A stretch of DNA of 64,000 bases from Octopus bimaculoides. Taxonomy: Eukaryota. The DNA lies in assembly GCF_001194135.2 (NCBI RefSeq), contig NC_068988.1, positions 71,062,182 through 71,126,181 on the forward strand, in the 5' to 3' direction. Position numbers and translations under genes: made by a program. The notes beneath the pieces were generated by a model that saw only the letters and a program-made list of their open reading frames with translations, ran no database searches and was not told the origin of the DNA. Of the stretch, positions 50,713 through 63,925 are shown in pieces (the first letter of the stretch is position 1; each line of letters opens with the position of its first letter).

Positions 50713-50882
50713 ATGCAGTACCAGGCAGCATGTCCTGATGCAGTACCAGGCAGCATGTCCTGATGCAGTACCAGGCAGCATGCCCTGATGCAGTACCAGG
50801 CAGCATGCCCTGATGCAGTACCAGGCAGCATGCCCTGATGCAGTACCAGGCAGCATGTCCTGATGCAGTACCAGGCAGCATG
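50713..50882 (+). repeat. 25-bp tandem array atgcagtaccaggcagcatg(t/c)cctg, about 7 units visible, continues into gap
   Basis: Direct reading; only the t/c position varies; no spacers. Confidence 0.95.
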
Positions 50883-51485
50883 NNNNNNNNNNNNNNNNNN
50901 NNNNNNNNNNNNNNNNNNNNNNNNNNNNNNNNNNNNNNNNNNNNNNNNNNNNNNNNNNNNNNNNNNNNNNNNNNNNNNNNNNNNNNNNNNNNNNNNNNNN
51001 NNNNNNNNNNNNNNNNNNNNNNNNNNNNNNNNNNNNNNNNNNNNNNNNNNNNNNNNNNNNNNNNNNNNNNNNNNNNNNNNNNNNNNNNNNNNNNNNNNNN
51101 NNNNNNNNNNNNNNNNNNNNNNNNNNNNNNNNNNNNNNNNNNNNNNNNNNNNNNNNNNNNNNNNNNNNNNNNNNNNNNNNNNNNNNNNNNNNNNNNNNNN
51201 NNNNNNNNNNNNNNNNNNNNNNNNNNNNNNNNNNNNNNNNNNNNNNNNNNNNNNNNNNNNNNNNNNNNNNNNNNNNNNNNNNNNNNNNNNNNNNNNNNNN
51301 NNNNNNNNNNNNNNNNNNNNNNNNNNNNNNNNNNNNNNNNNNNNNNNNNNNNNNNNNNNNNNNNNNNNNNNNNNNNNNNNNNNNNNNNNNNNNNNNNNNN
51401 NNNNNNNNNNNNNNNNNNNNNNNNNNNNNNNNNNNNNNNNNNNNNNNNNNNNNNNNNNNNNNNNNNNNNNNNNNNNNNNNNNNNN

Positions 51486-51753
51486 NGGGTGTTTTGCTCA
51501 ACATCCTTAAAAAAACCTTATTCAGGGACCTTTTGAGCGGAATGGGCTACTCGACATGAAGAAAATTCTAACTGGGCCCCACCTGCAAGGTCATGCGCTG
51601 TTTATCTTGATATGAGATCACCATGTCGCGCACATATGGTTGTGATGCATGTGCCTGGTGTACCCTTATCAGACGGGTAGTCATGATGGGTATATTGGGC
51701 TTCGTATATTTTACCCCAGTGTTACTTTGATGGCATGCACTGCTCTCTCACTC

Positions 51754-51810
<57 letters not shown>

Positions 51811-51815
51811 AATAA
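51486..51815 (+). mobile_element. 3' region of a (TAA)n-ending element (probable R4/Dong 3' UTR or non-autonomous partner), copy 2
   Basis: ...gcactgctctctcactc followed directly by about 16 TAA-type units. Confidence 0.7.
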
Positions 51816-52680
51816 GGATTACAGAAATACCTACTTCAGAAGCAAGGAAAACCAATAAAAATAACCACAAAACACGAACAAAACAAAAACTGTGTTCAGT
51901 TTTTAAGGAAGCTGAGAAATACAAAAAAGAGGTCATAGTACCTAACAACTATGAAGAAAAAGAACAACTGAAATCCAATCTAAATCTGGAACATCAATTG
52001 ATCATGATAAAACGATAGCAAAAACCCCTTCATGGCAAATACTTGGTTAAACTAAACAGAAAAGAAATACGAGAGACAAAGCAAAATCCCAACAATGGCC
52101 GAGAAACTCAGGGCTCAAAGCAGAGACTGAAGATTTTTAATTGTAGGACAACATCAAAGCCTTCCTACCAGAAGTCACGAAATGCATACAATGAAAGGAA
52201 ATACATGTAACTTCAGAATATGTGGATATGGAAAAGAAACAATAAATCATATTGTCTCTGGTTGTCCAGTCCTGGCTAAGAAGGAATATATTCACAGACA
52301 CGACAGAGTTGTGGCGTACATACACTGGAAGCTATATCAACACTATGGAATAACAACAGAAAAAAGATGGTATAAACACACGCCAGAAAAGGTCACAGAA
52401 AACGAGAAAGCAACCATACTCTGGGATAGGCCAATACAACACACAGATAGACACATTAAGGTCAATAGGCCGGATATAATTGCCAGAGGTCACCAAGAAA
52501 AATATGTATCAATACCAACAGATGACAATATTTCTCTAAAGGAAACGGAGAATGTTTCAAAATACAAAGATATGGAAATAGAGGTAACTCGAATGTGGAG
52601 CCTAAAAACAGAAACAATTCCTATTATCATAGGTATGATAAAAAACATTTAGACAAATACATCACAAAAGCACCAGGACT
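51816..52680 (+). mobile_element. R4/Dong-clade non-LTR retrotransposon C-terminal fragment (zinc knuckle plus restriction-like endonuclease)
   Basis: PLHGKY...QW..NSGLKAETE...ICGYGKETINHIVSGCPVLAKKEYIHRHDRVVAYIHW...ILWD...NRPDII...SKYKDMEIEVTRMW...IPIIIG; begins immediately after (TAA)n. Confidence 0.92.
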
Positions 52681-52849
52681 TTGACTGCGAACAAGATCCT
52701 TGTGTTCTTGTAGTCGTCGATAAAAACAGACAGTACCATTTCTAATAGTCTTGCAGAGTATTAGTCGTATATAAATCCTGGCCAACGTATTGCAAAGTAT
52801 CATACTATTGATGTTCAGCTTCAAATCTGAAAATAATTGCTTGGTAGGA

Positions 52850-53300
52850 ATTGTAAGAGTGAATTATATGTTTGATGTTCTGGGAGAAAGTTTCAATCAA
52901 CGTGCTTTGCATTGAGCCTGAATGAGAAACAATAGAAAGAATGAAAGAAGAAAAGACTGATGCATCAAATAGTTTTAGATAGAAGAATGTCCCATGCAGC
53001 CTGAGTCGTTATAGCAACGGTAGTGAGGGAAATTGGAGCGCAGCATGCATCATTGAACTTATGGCTGTAGTGTATTTGCGAGTGAAGTTTTGACTATCCA
53101 TAGCATTTGTACATCATCGAGGATTAGAAATTATTCAGTGCCAAAGTTCTTTTCGACCTTGAAGAGATAATAGAGCCTTTGAGAAATAGTTTTGGCTAGC
53201 TTACAAATATTTTCTTGCCATGAAAGTTCAGCTGGAGCTGTCATACTGTAAAGTATTTCATTCTCCCAAGTAATTGCATTGTATTTATTCACGTTGCTGG
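52850..53300 (-). pseudogene. CR1/L2-like LINE post-RT remnant
   Basis: LSWQENICKLAKTISQRLYYL matches the L.W..HI..IAK.AS..L..L motif. Confidence 0.5.
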
Positions 53301-53463
53301 TAATTGTAATTGTGAACATGACTGATGGATTTTTTGTTAATAAAAATAGTGTGTATAATTTCGAGACATCTTAAAGAAGGTACGATTTGTGTAGTAAAAG
53401 TTACTATTGATGTAAAACAGTAGATTTCGCTGAGCAACTAAGAATTTGTTACATTGATATTAA

Positions 53464-55663
53464 CACTTATTCTTAACTAATTTGATTTTGCTGAATTCAA
53501 TGTGAAGTTAGTTTTCCTCTGTAAGCTCTAGATCTTTTGAAGTTCAGCACTCTAAGTTTTTGTTTTTGCGAAATTTGGACGATTCTCGCATGATGACATG
53601 ACTCATCTGAGAATGTATGGTTATACAATCTTAAAATTAGGCTCAAAACACTCTCTTCACAGAGATATTTTTTGTGTAGTAAAAAAAAAACGTGTAGGTG
53701 CATCACAATATGCATTTAAATTTGGAAAGGACACAAGAAAAGAAAAACTCTCCTGTGTGAAGTAAAATGTGTCACCACTTTTTAAATTTGAAACATTTAC
53801 CCATTACAGTCAAATATGAGCAAGCATTAATCCTTGTTACTTTAAAATGACATATATTTCGACAGTAAAATTATAAGTGATTCAGAAAAGCTGATAAGGA
53901 ATTGGAATGCCAAGGTTAAATAGGTCCTATTTAGGCAACAATTTGTGCTTCTATACTTGTGTTTATGGACTTCTTCTGAGCAATCTTATTTGATGCCCCA
54001 GCAATAGTATGGCTTCATATTTTTGTTTCATTACTTCTGGTAACACTCTTCCATGGTTATGAGAACCTGATGAAAGCGCCTTCTCTGTTCATCACCTGTA
54101 GCCTCAAAGTTCTCAGGGAATTGATCAAGATGACTATTCAGGAAATAGAGCTTGAGACTCATGTTGCACCAAGATCGCGAAAAGCCAACAGCATTCTAGT
54201 AACCACAACTTCATAGTTCTCTGTATGTTTTATTATTAGATAAGCTTTATACAATTACCACGAGAAACATTCACACTTCCCTCTCCTTGTCAGTCATGTT
54301 CCTAACAAATTAATTCCCCATTACACACAAAGGCACGAATTTAAGGTCCATGGAACGCACCTGCTTTGATTTTGTCTAAAAACAAAGCACGAAAAGCAGA
54401 AATGTTGGAAACAATCACCATCAGTATTCAATACCTCCAGTAATTGTTTCAAGTCGAGCTTGATATAATATGGGAGGAAAAAGTATCTTCTCTTGGCTCA
54501 CGATTGGCCCATTCCCAAATCATCCAGTTATGCTTGCGGTATTTGAGTAAGTCAATTATATTCTCGAAAATCCATTCGGTGACCAACTGGAACCACTCCA
54601 TAAACATTGCCATACTGCAAGATAACATACTTGAGGTTGCAGTTAGAGTTATCCAGAAATAATCACTATTCTGATGGACTATATGAAGTAACACTTAATT
54701 GTCTTACAGGACCTAGGATATCGTGGCAGTAAACAAACTGCCTTATTTTCTGAATAAAGGATCCCAAAACTCAGGACTCGCTTTCGAAAATATGAAATGC
54801 TTGCAGACTGGTTAAGCAGATTTTTTCTTGCAGCCAAGAGGCTCTCTCAGCCGCTGTTTTGAAGAGCACCATATCACGCATTAAGTCATTCAATTTCGTT
54901 CGGATAAACTGCTGAGTGACTGAAGACTGGTAGTTTTCGAATTCCGAAGCCATTTCTTGAAGCTTATCACAATCCTCTGTTCTTCCTGTTCATGTTAACT
55001 GTCTTTATCTTCAGAGGAAGTAAACCATTAAAAACTAGATCCAGGAGTTCCTCAGAGTGCGGAGCACGTCGAATTGCTGTGGAAATAGCAGGTCCTATGC
55101 TAGTGTTTCTTGCCTACACCCTTTGTGTTGACCAAGTAAAAATAGTAGTGAGTTATGTGGACCTTGGGGTTTTGCCAAAACATGGGAACTCAAAAAGGCA
55201 GACTCTTTCGTTTTCTTTTCATCTACTCATGAAGCAATTCCTCACAACTATGAAACAATATGAGGAACCCAATTCTGATATTGGGCGTCAAGAGGAACTC
55301 AAAAATATGCTTTATAGGCACGTCTTTATGTGTAAATACCTTAAAAACCCCAGATCAGATTTCAAGTAAAGAAAAACAGGTATTTTTTTTGTGTAAATAA
55401 AGTAAATCTCTAAAATCCAAAATTAATAAGGAAGATAAAGAAAATTGATGTTTGTAAAAAACAAAAATAACCTTATTGGTCTGAGGTTAGGGTAGATCTA
55501 AATAACAATGAATACTTTTTTGCGAATATCTAAGTTTTACATTGCATAGAAACCTGAGCATGTAGACGAAAAACGATTTCAGATTCGAAATTAGCATTAA
55601 AAAAATACATATAATCAGTTGAAAAATCTTATGCAACGTAACATAAGAATTTGTTCTTCAGTG
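53464..55663 (-). mobile_element. Chapaev3 DNA transposon, largely complete but decayed (about 2.2 kb; lower boundary uncertain)
   Basis: CAC terminus (cactgaagaacaaattctta on the minus strand) at 55663; KLNDLMRDMVLFKTAAE..SWLQEK, DGDCFQH, NYEVVVTRMLLAF, KLYFLNSHLDQFPEN..GDEQ..RFHQ and YCWG motifs. Confidence 0.85.
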
Positions 55664-56684
55664 TTTTCGTAGAATTTCACTCGACAGAAATCATATCGTT
55701 GGCCACTGAATAAGGAGAAATATTGAAAGTGGTAAAGGTGATGACCATTTACAACTGTCTCAGCAATTTGTATTCGGTGAGAGCTTTAAGTTTAGCTTGT
55801 AGAGACAGCTTTCTTGAGAAAAGGACACAGAACAATATATCTCAACCTGTAATGGGAAAAAGGTTAGAGTTTGTGAGGGCAGCGTGTAAGTAGAAAACAT
55901 TGTTTAAAGTGATAGCAACACTACTTTCTGGATTGGTGGCCCTTTTGGACTTAAATGATGAATATTTGAAATTGTTGATGTCAGTCCCCTCAATATAAGT
56001 ATTAATTTTGTTAACAAGTTGTCTATTGCTGAATGCAAACCATAAACCTGCTTGTAACATTCTGTCTTTTGATCATTGCTAAATGAAATGTCTTTCGAAG
56101 TGGTTGTCAGAGAACCCCTTTGTAGAATCAATATTGGCTTTGTATCTGACGTCGTCTTCGGAGCAATTAAACGAACGCCTACTATTTAGATAATACAGTA
56201 GATGTAATGAAACAAGAATTTAACATATATTTAGAATAAAATAGAATAGTTAGCATGGAAACATTTAGAAGTATTGCTGTGAAAGTGTAGAACATGTGAT
56301 GCATCTGTTAATTGACTCAGCTCTCCATACAAGTGATAGAATCACTTGGATGATGCAAAAAGTCAATTAACTAATTCAGCTGCCTAAATTGAGCATGCAT
56401 ACCATTGTACTAGCATCTCAAATTGTTGATACTGTCATTACTTTTGACAACGTAAAATATATACTAAAACGAGCTGTCATAATTTTTAATAAGCGTGATT
56501 TCTTTTTCTCTAAGATATCTGATTATATACTTATTGCTAACAAATAAAATTTTCTCGCTAGAAAATGTGGAACTCGTAGCATACAAGAACGGAGATTTAC
56601 CTCTGGTTGGAATATGTTAGTGTACGAGTGTACTAGAATATAATCATAATATAAAGTAGTAGTATTCGTAGTATTCATATTAGT

Positions 56685-56703
56685 AGTATTCGTAGTAGTA
56701 TTC

Positions 56704-56767
<64 letters not shown>

Positions 56768-56900
56768 CAGCAGCAGCATTAGTAGTACTAGTGGTGGTGG
56801 TGGTGGTGTTGGTGATGGTAGTAGTAGTAGCAGCAGCAGCAGCAGCAGCATTTGTGGTGGTGGTCGTGGTGGGGGGTGATGGTAGGAGGACGAGGAAGAA
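56685..56900. repeat. (TAG)/(CAG)/(TGG) trinucleotide repeat
   Basis: Direct reading. Confidence 0.95.
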
Positions 56901-57289
56901 TTATGGATGCTTGGCTCAGGATAGTTCTGATCGCGCAGAGTTAAGATAGAAGCCTTCCAACTGTAGCTATGTTGTCATTTTAGGGAAGAATATAGCACAT
57001 TATCTAATGAGTCATTCCTGTATGAACATACTGGAGTTTGATTTGAGGAGAATTTGGCTGCAAATTTTAATAATTCGAGTAAGTGTGTAGCAGCTACTTC
57101 CTCAACTCGCATAGTATACTGTATTAGAGCAGAAGTGATCGAATGGTTAGAAGTTCATGAATTTCCGTGTGAGTGAACTTGAGTTGATGAAAACTATTTG
57201 GAAGTCCATCGGATGAAACATACTTCTAATTCAAAAGTTCAATCATGTCATACACTGTGTCACGTTGCTTTTACACACGAATTACGCGT

Positions 57290-57560
57290 TTGTGGTGAAG
57301 GCGTGTTGCCTCGTGTTTAGGGTGTTGCACTCTCAATAACAACAGCGAGGTTCCGATTCTCGGAGCGGGTGGATTGTTGTGTTCTTGCACAAATAACTTC
57401 ATTTCACGTTGCTTTATTCCACTCAGTAGTAAATTATTAACTCTGCTACGGACTGGCGTCCTGTTCTGAAGGATTGTTATGATTTCAGCCTCTTATATGC
57501 CATGAAAACCATGCAACCAGCCCTAAGAGTCATAGGACACGAGACAGTACTTACTTTGCT
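57290..57560 (+). mobile_element. Old tRNA-derived SINE related to family D, with a V-domain-like segment
   Basis: Head tttagggtgttgcactc shared with 14395; tgctacggactggcgtcctgttc resembles my recollection of V-SINE central domains (unverified). Confidence 0.55.
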
Positions 57561-58287
57561 TGCATGTCTGTCGAGTACTCAACTACTTTACACATCAATT
57601 CAAATCATTCAGTTGTTCAATTAATTGAATAACCATTGTCGAAATCTGATGAAGATCACTTTTCTTAAATGCAATAGTGCAGAAGTACGGTACAATTCCA
57701 CATTATATACCAATGACAAACGCAGCAAAATCTAGTGCATTAGTATTCCAAACTAGTGTCTGATAGTCTAAGACATAATTAATGGTGATTTTGTGATTGC
57801 ATATAACATCATGCTACCATTTAAATATTTTTGCTGTCTGAGATGTATATGAGTGTGTATGTATATGTGTGAGTATATATAATTATATATATAATATGTG
57901 TGTGTACACACATATATAAGTATATGTATGCATATATATAATTAAATATATAAAATATATTATTTAATATGTGTATGTATGTGCACACACATATACACAC
58001 ACACATATACACACAGACACACATACACGCATATACGTACATGTATAACGAATGATATATATATATATATATATATCTAAATATAAGTACATATACATAT
58101 ACTATCATACACACACATGCATATATAAAGACATACAACATATTCTCCGTGTATAAAATCATGTCTTCTGACTTTTAATTATGCATGCTGACTACTAGTA
58201 AAAAATTATTATTATTTTAAAATAATTTTTACTCTGCATTTATATAGTTAAATGTTTCGATTCTTCGGCTGGGTATCACGCTGTTGA

Positions 58288-58681
58288 TGTGGAGGCGCAA
58301 TGGCCCAGTGGTTAGGGCAGCGGGCTCGCGGTCATAGGATCGCGGTTTCGATTCCCAGACCGGGCGTTGTGAGTGTTTATTGAGCGAAAACACCTAAAGC
58401 TCCACGAGGCTCCGGCAGGGGATGGTGGCGAACCGTGCTGTACTCTTTCACCACAACTTTCTCTCACTCTTACTTCCTGTTTCTGTTGTGCCTGTAATTC
58501 AAAGGGTCAGCCTTGTCACACTGTGTCACGCTGAATATCCCCGAGAACTACATTAAGGGTACACGTGTCTGTGGAGTGCTCAGCCACTTGCACGTTAATT
58601 TCACGAGAAGGCTGTTCCGTTGATCGGATCAACTGAAACTCTCGACGTCGTAAGCGACGGAGTGCCAACAACAACAACAAC
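58288..58681 (+). mobile_element. SINE family C, complete, tRNA-Arg(TCG)-like head, (CAA)n tail, 13-bp TSD
   Basis: A box tggcccagtgg, B box ggtttcgattcc; TSD atcacgctgttga at 58275-58287 and 58682-58694. Confidence 0.93.
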
Positions 58682-58751
58682 ATCACGCTGTTGAATTTAC
58701 TCACTGCGATACAATTCTGGCTCAGCACGTAACGGTGCATTAAATTTTATA

Positions 58752-59119
58752 CAAGGTGAGAAATCCGCCATGTGGATTTCTTACATGCTATAAAGATTTC
58801 TTACATGTATAAAGATGGAACTCAGTACGCATGTGTTTTTTCGGTACATATTGTAGTTTTATAATTATGCATTGTTCAGCGATCTTACTGATGATCTACG
58901 GATGGCCAATTAGTCAATTGATTGATTAATTAATTTATTTAATTAATCATTAATAGTGAAACTCATGGGTGTAAGATTAAGTGATTTTTTTCATTCATTT
59001 GAATACCCCGCCCGCCTACTAGCAATGTGTCTTTAAAGAAGAATCTTTCTTTTCGTGATATGGGTCTTGATTGCCTTTTCCAGGATGTAAGAAATCCACA
59101 TAGTTGATTTCACTTCGTG
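58752..59119. mobile_element. Tc1/mariner-type MITE with about 36-bp TIRs and TA flanks
   Basis: caaggtgagaaatccgccatgtggatttcttacat versus the reverse complement of atgtaagaaatccacatagttgatttcacttcgtg; TA on both sides. Confidence 0.7.
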
Positions 59120-59247
59120 TATAAAATCCTATGTACTATTATATAGAAATATTTACGTCTTCTGACTTTTGATTATGCATGCTGACTTTTAATTATACAT
59201 GCTGACTTTTAATTATACATGCTGACCACTCACAAGTCTTTGGTCAG

Positions 59248-59400
59248 CCCGTCTTTTCAGTTTCCGTCTACCAAATCTACTTACAAGGATTTGGTCGACC
59301 CGTGGCTATAGTAGAAGACACTCGCCCAAGGAGCCACGTAGTGGGACGGATCCCAGAACCATGAAGTTGGGAAGCAAACTACTTACCACACATCCACGCC
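59248..59400 (-). mobile_element. SINE family A 5' half
   Basis: ctatagtagaagacactcgcccaagg...gttgggaagcaaactacttaccacac. Confidence 0.85.
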
Positions 59401-61686
59401 TCGTTCTATTAGAGGTTCCAGCCAGTGGCACGTCAATGTAGTGGGGCATCGCCATCAGTCTAAAAGGGCACTTTTAATGATAAATGTCGAAGTTAAGTGT
59501 TCACTGCTTGTTGGGTGACTTCATTAGAGATTGGACAACAAAGTGCATAGAAACATTGTTAAAATAGTCTTATGAATTTAAAGCCACAGATGTAGATCGG
59601 AATGCATGTTGACGTCCCTAATAAAGCTGCATACGTTATGTAATTCACAATGAAAGACAGTGTCACCAGGTAATGATTAACATGTATTTTATTGATAAAG
59701 TATTGGTATAGTATGACATAATAATCAGTATGTTTCTATTAGAATAGTGTTCTCTCCTATTGATCTACTTTTGGAGAGAACCAGAATGATAATAATAACA
59801 ATTGGCGGAAATTCCCCAGATACGTCTCCTACATGAATAATGTACAGTTAAATGGAAGCTCGCCATTTTTATACAGTGAGCTAATTACTTTTTAAAGCAA
59901 TTGTAATTAAGAGATAAATAACTGAAATAATTCTGGTTAAGAAAGACAGGTGAAATAACTCAAAATACAAATGCTATGTAGAATAAAATTTAAATGCGAG
60001 CTGTCTCACTGGTTTGTACGGTGACAACGCCAGACTTATTGTATCCGGAATTGTATTTAAGTGTCGTTGGTTTAAGATAAAAGACTTTGGTATTGGAGAA
60101 TTAGAGTTGCTTTCTTTTGTGGTTTGGATAAATTCCAGTATTATGTGGCTTTACTGTTTGTGAAATATTCGCTGAAGCACTCTTGATAACTTTTAGTTGT
60201 TGTAATTAAATAATTTTTGTAGTAGTTGTGCTTTGTTGAAAAGTCTTGGCACACAGCACTTTATGTTCAAGCGATATCTTTATTTTGTAAAAGTTAGAAT
60301 TTACACTTGGTAGACTCTAATTGAAAGGGTATTTTTTAATTATAAATGTGAATTATTTGCCCGTTGCAAGCTCACTGGAGGAGGTTTAATGTGGTTTATA
60401 AGTGAACGGTTATCAATAAACTCCAAAACTCTACCAAGATTTATATTGATTTGAAACAAAGATACTCTGCGCATTTAACCTCATTTAAATATGAAATACA
60501 TAGCAGATCTACTCCTCTCGCAGAGCATATGCACTACCTTTGGGAAAAGAGCATACCACATCATAGCTTAATCCATCATTGACTCAAGTCTTCCATAACA
60601 AGGCCAAAAATGCCCCATGTTGGTAATGTTTGAGGGAATCTATATACATTCTGTCATATAACTCTACACAGTTATTAAACAAGTAACATGAAGCCTTCTC
60701 TAACTGTCCATAAAGTTTTAAATCATTTAAATTTTACAAGTCTAATTATAGTAAAACAATTACCGCTGATTCTCAGTGATATATAATTTAGTCATCATAT
60801 GAGCTCACTTAATTAAATTAGTATATCTACAATACCATCGTATCCTTTTATCTTTTATTTCATGGAACCTCATTCTTTCCATTAATTCATATTTACGCAT
60901 CTAACCTAGATTGTAATTAATCGAATACACTTTCCGTTTCAACAATTTTGCTATTAATTGAAAACCACATGTCCTCTTCACACGGTTATGGAGTTATACG
61001 TTGAGTAATAAAATACATAATTAATTTAACTTTCCAAGTCTTTTCACTGACTTACTTATATGATATCTATTTTCCATTGTCCATTATTACTGTATTTCAC
61101 TCATCCTTGGACCCTATAATTTCACTCTACCTAAACTTAGTAAATAGATGTCTTTTATTTATTTTTCTATTTGTCATCTTTAGATTATTTTTATTCTTTG
61201 ATTTCCAGCGAAGGAGCATACACTTTCATTAACACTATAAATCTTAAAATTTTGATATTATGGGCATCTATTTCTAGCACCATTATAACCAGGTGCGTCC
61301 TAAATCTTCCCCCACCTCTAGTCTTAATCACACTCTCTATTATTCAAGATCTTCATTATCTTTTACTGCCACTTTATTACCATACTAATCCCATCTCTCC
61401 CATTCTTGTCACCTTAGAACTCTGGCCAGCGCTGATGGTCACTTAGAGGATGAAAGCATCTGGCATCTGCTATTCCTCATCTTTTTATCTATCTGCCTTT
61501 ATATATACACCCCTTAACCTCTTTTGACAAACATGCCGTCACTATTCAGACTAGTATATATCTACTTTAGTACATCTACTCTTCTGTCTTTCCTTCACAC
61601 TGTAGCATATTATTCCTACTTAACTCCAATTCACTCTCTATTCAGATATGGAACTGATAACTTCCACTATTTCTTGCCAGGGATTA

Positions 61687-62970
61687 CACTGGTAAACAAA
61701 ATAAAACTTTTATTTTCTGGCATAAAATCTTAGAGCTATTTTAGACTAATATTGGGTGCTGATTCCAAAACAGACTTCAGATTTGCTCTATCACATCACA
61801 TCACCTCTTTTTGCGACTGGTTCATACCTTTATTTACTTGGAGCATACGAAAAGTTAACTTTACACCACTATTTGCGGGAATTTGGGGCTGGATTGTAAT
61901 GCTAATTTTGAATAATATGTTCAAACTGAGTTTTGAATTAAAACCATTCTTCTTTTCAGGTGTGAAATGAGTCTCCGTAATCTAGTTATGGATACAATTT
62001 CAAAAAGAAGGACGTGTTCAAAAAGATTGGCCCTGGTATCTTCTGTTACATCTTTGGAAACTTCACTCCACAAATTCAAATGCACAACACTAATAACTTT
62101 GTCAAAAAGAGGTACATCTTGCTTACTTTAAAATAGCACTTGGAGACCAGGAAAAAACCTGGACTCCCCACGAAGTTTGCAAAACCTGTGTTGAAACTTG
62201 GTGTGATGAAGCAATTCATCAAAGCTCTTTATTACAGTGGAGATTGCTTCACATATATATGTACTATATGTACAACCTTTCCAAGTCACAGTGACGAGAA
62301 GAAGAAGGACCTCAAATGAAAATACTACTCAAAGATCCATATTTTGTTACAACGATGAGTACGGCGGAGGCTAGAGCTTGGAAAGTCTTCCCTGATGTGG
62401 TGTGGAATTTCCTTGGAAACAGGAAAGCTGACAACTATCAAGAGATTGAGGATGAGCTGCTCTTGAGTTTGCAAGCACTTGGGTGTAGAATGAGCATTAT
62501 ATTGCACTACTTACACAGTCACTTGGGTGATTTTGCAGAGAACGTGAGTCACGTTAGCGAAGAACAAGGTGAATGATTTCATCAGGATGTAAAAGTAATG
62601 GAAGAATGGGATTCAAACATGATGGCAGATTACTGCTGGGGTTTAATGAGAGACAGTCCAGAAGCTGTGCACAAGAGATCGTCAAAAAAGAGGAAGTTCT
62701 TGCAGTAATAAGATTATCAGAATCAATGAACTCAATGAACAGAGATTTTGTATTCATACTTTGTTATAACCAAACTTAATTCTTATATGCTAATGTGCAT
62801 TTACTCCCATAACTTTGTGTTTTGTTTTATTAGATTAAAAAAGACATTGTCTGTTAAAAATTACATCTGCGTATGTTGTTTAATTCTTCCTTTATGAGCA
62901 TTAAATAGCTGTTTCTAGCAAAAGTAAAAGATTTTGTAACTCAAAAATATGATGTGATAGACAAAATCTG
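61687..62970 (+). mobile_element. Chapaev3 DNA transposon, internally deleted, second subfamily; right end cut by a SINE
   Basis: CAC terminus at 61687; subterminal inverted pair cagatttgctctatcacatca / tgatgtgatagacaaaatctg; LGDQEKTWTPHEVCKTCVE fused to MKQFIKAL...NFLGNRKADNY...LHYLHSHL...SEEQGE*FHQD...MMADYCW. Confidence 0.9.
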
Positions 62971-63118
62971 TTTCTGTCTACCAAATCCACACACAAGGCT
63001 TTGGTTGGCCCGAGGCTATAGTAGAAGACACTTGCCCAAGGTGCCACGCAGTTTGACTGAGCTCGGAACCTTGTGGTTGGGAAGCAAGCTTCTTACCACA
63101 CAGCCACACCTGCGCCTA
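62971..63118 (-). mobile_element. SINE family A 5' half (well preserved); a further head fragment at about 63440-63496
   Basis: gcccaaggtgccacgcag...gttgggaagcaagcttcttaccacacagccacacctgcgcc. Confidence 0.9.
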
Positions 63119-63837
63119 TGTCAAGACATGTTCTTGATCCCCAGACAGAAGATAAACTGTTTTTACTTCAAATTTTTATAAATTTTTATTGATATTTGAT
63201 AAGATGAGCTTCACCATCAAAACCGATAATATTCTCTTTATATAATTTTTAAAATTACTTTTATTAAATTCCTTCTTAAACTGAAATGTCTTAGTCTTAC
63301 TTCTGTGCTATTTTCACCTCCATCTTTTATATATAAAAATTTAATTTGTATAGATTTCTACTCTTTTCTCATGCTATATATATACATACATACGAATATC
63401 TTACAATTTTTTGTTTAAAAAGTCCCCTCAAAACGCCTGAACCCGAAAACATGTGGTTGGAAAGCAAACTTCTTACCACACAGCCACACTTAAGCCTATC
63501 GTAGCTTGCACCTTTAGTATCCACGCCTGTACCTACATACATATAGGTCCATCGATAATGTCATCTAACAGGATTTTTATAGTATTCTGTATCCTCCAAG
63601 ATTACTACATTCCCTTTAACAGCCTCTTTAGTTTTTAATTCTTTGTACATGGGTTATATCAATATGAAATAATAACACTACGTAATAACAAGATAGCAAA
63701 AGAAAACTTAGGCCTTTTTGTTGGTTTAGGTTTTAATGCTTAACTGTATAGGCAGATGACGTTATAGAGATTGATTTTTAAGCATAGATAACAAGATTGA
63801 TAAATAGATAAATAGTCGTCAGGCTGTTGTGTGAGTA

Positions 63838-63850
63838 GATTAGATTAGAT

Positions 63851-63925
<75 letters not shown>
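63838..63925. repeat. (GATA)n tetranucleotide microsatellite
   Basis: Direct reading. Confidence 0.97.

Noticed and set aside
50713-50882. CRISPR array
   Set aside because: Units are contiguous with no spacers, the context is eukaryotic and no cas genes are present.
55740-56130. Pif1/Helitron helicase remnant
   Set aside because: Only a vague FSNRQLVNKIN similarity; no helicase motifs found.
58291-58370. Functional tRNA-Arg gene
   Set aside because: The acceptor stem does not close, and the sequence continues into a SINE body with tail and TSD.
61424-61464. Third hammerhead (ctgatgg...gaaagcatctggc)
   Set aside because: A9 is mutated, helix II is poor and helix I/III geometry is inconsistent; at best a heavily decayed relic.
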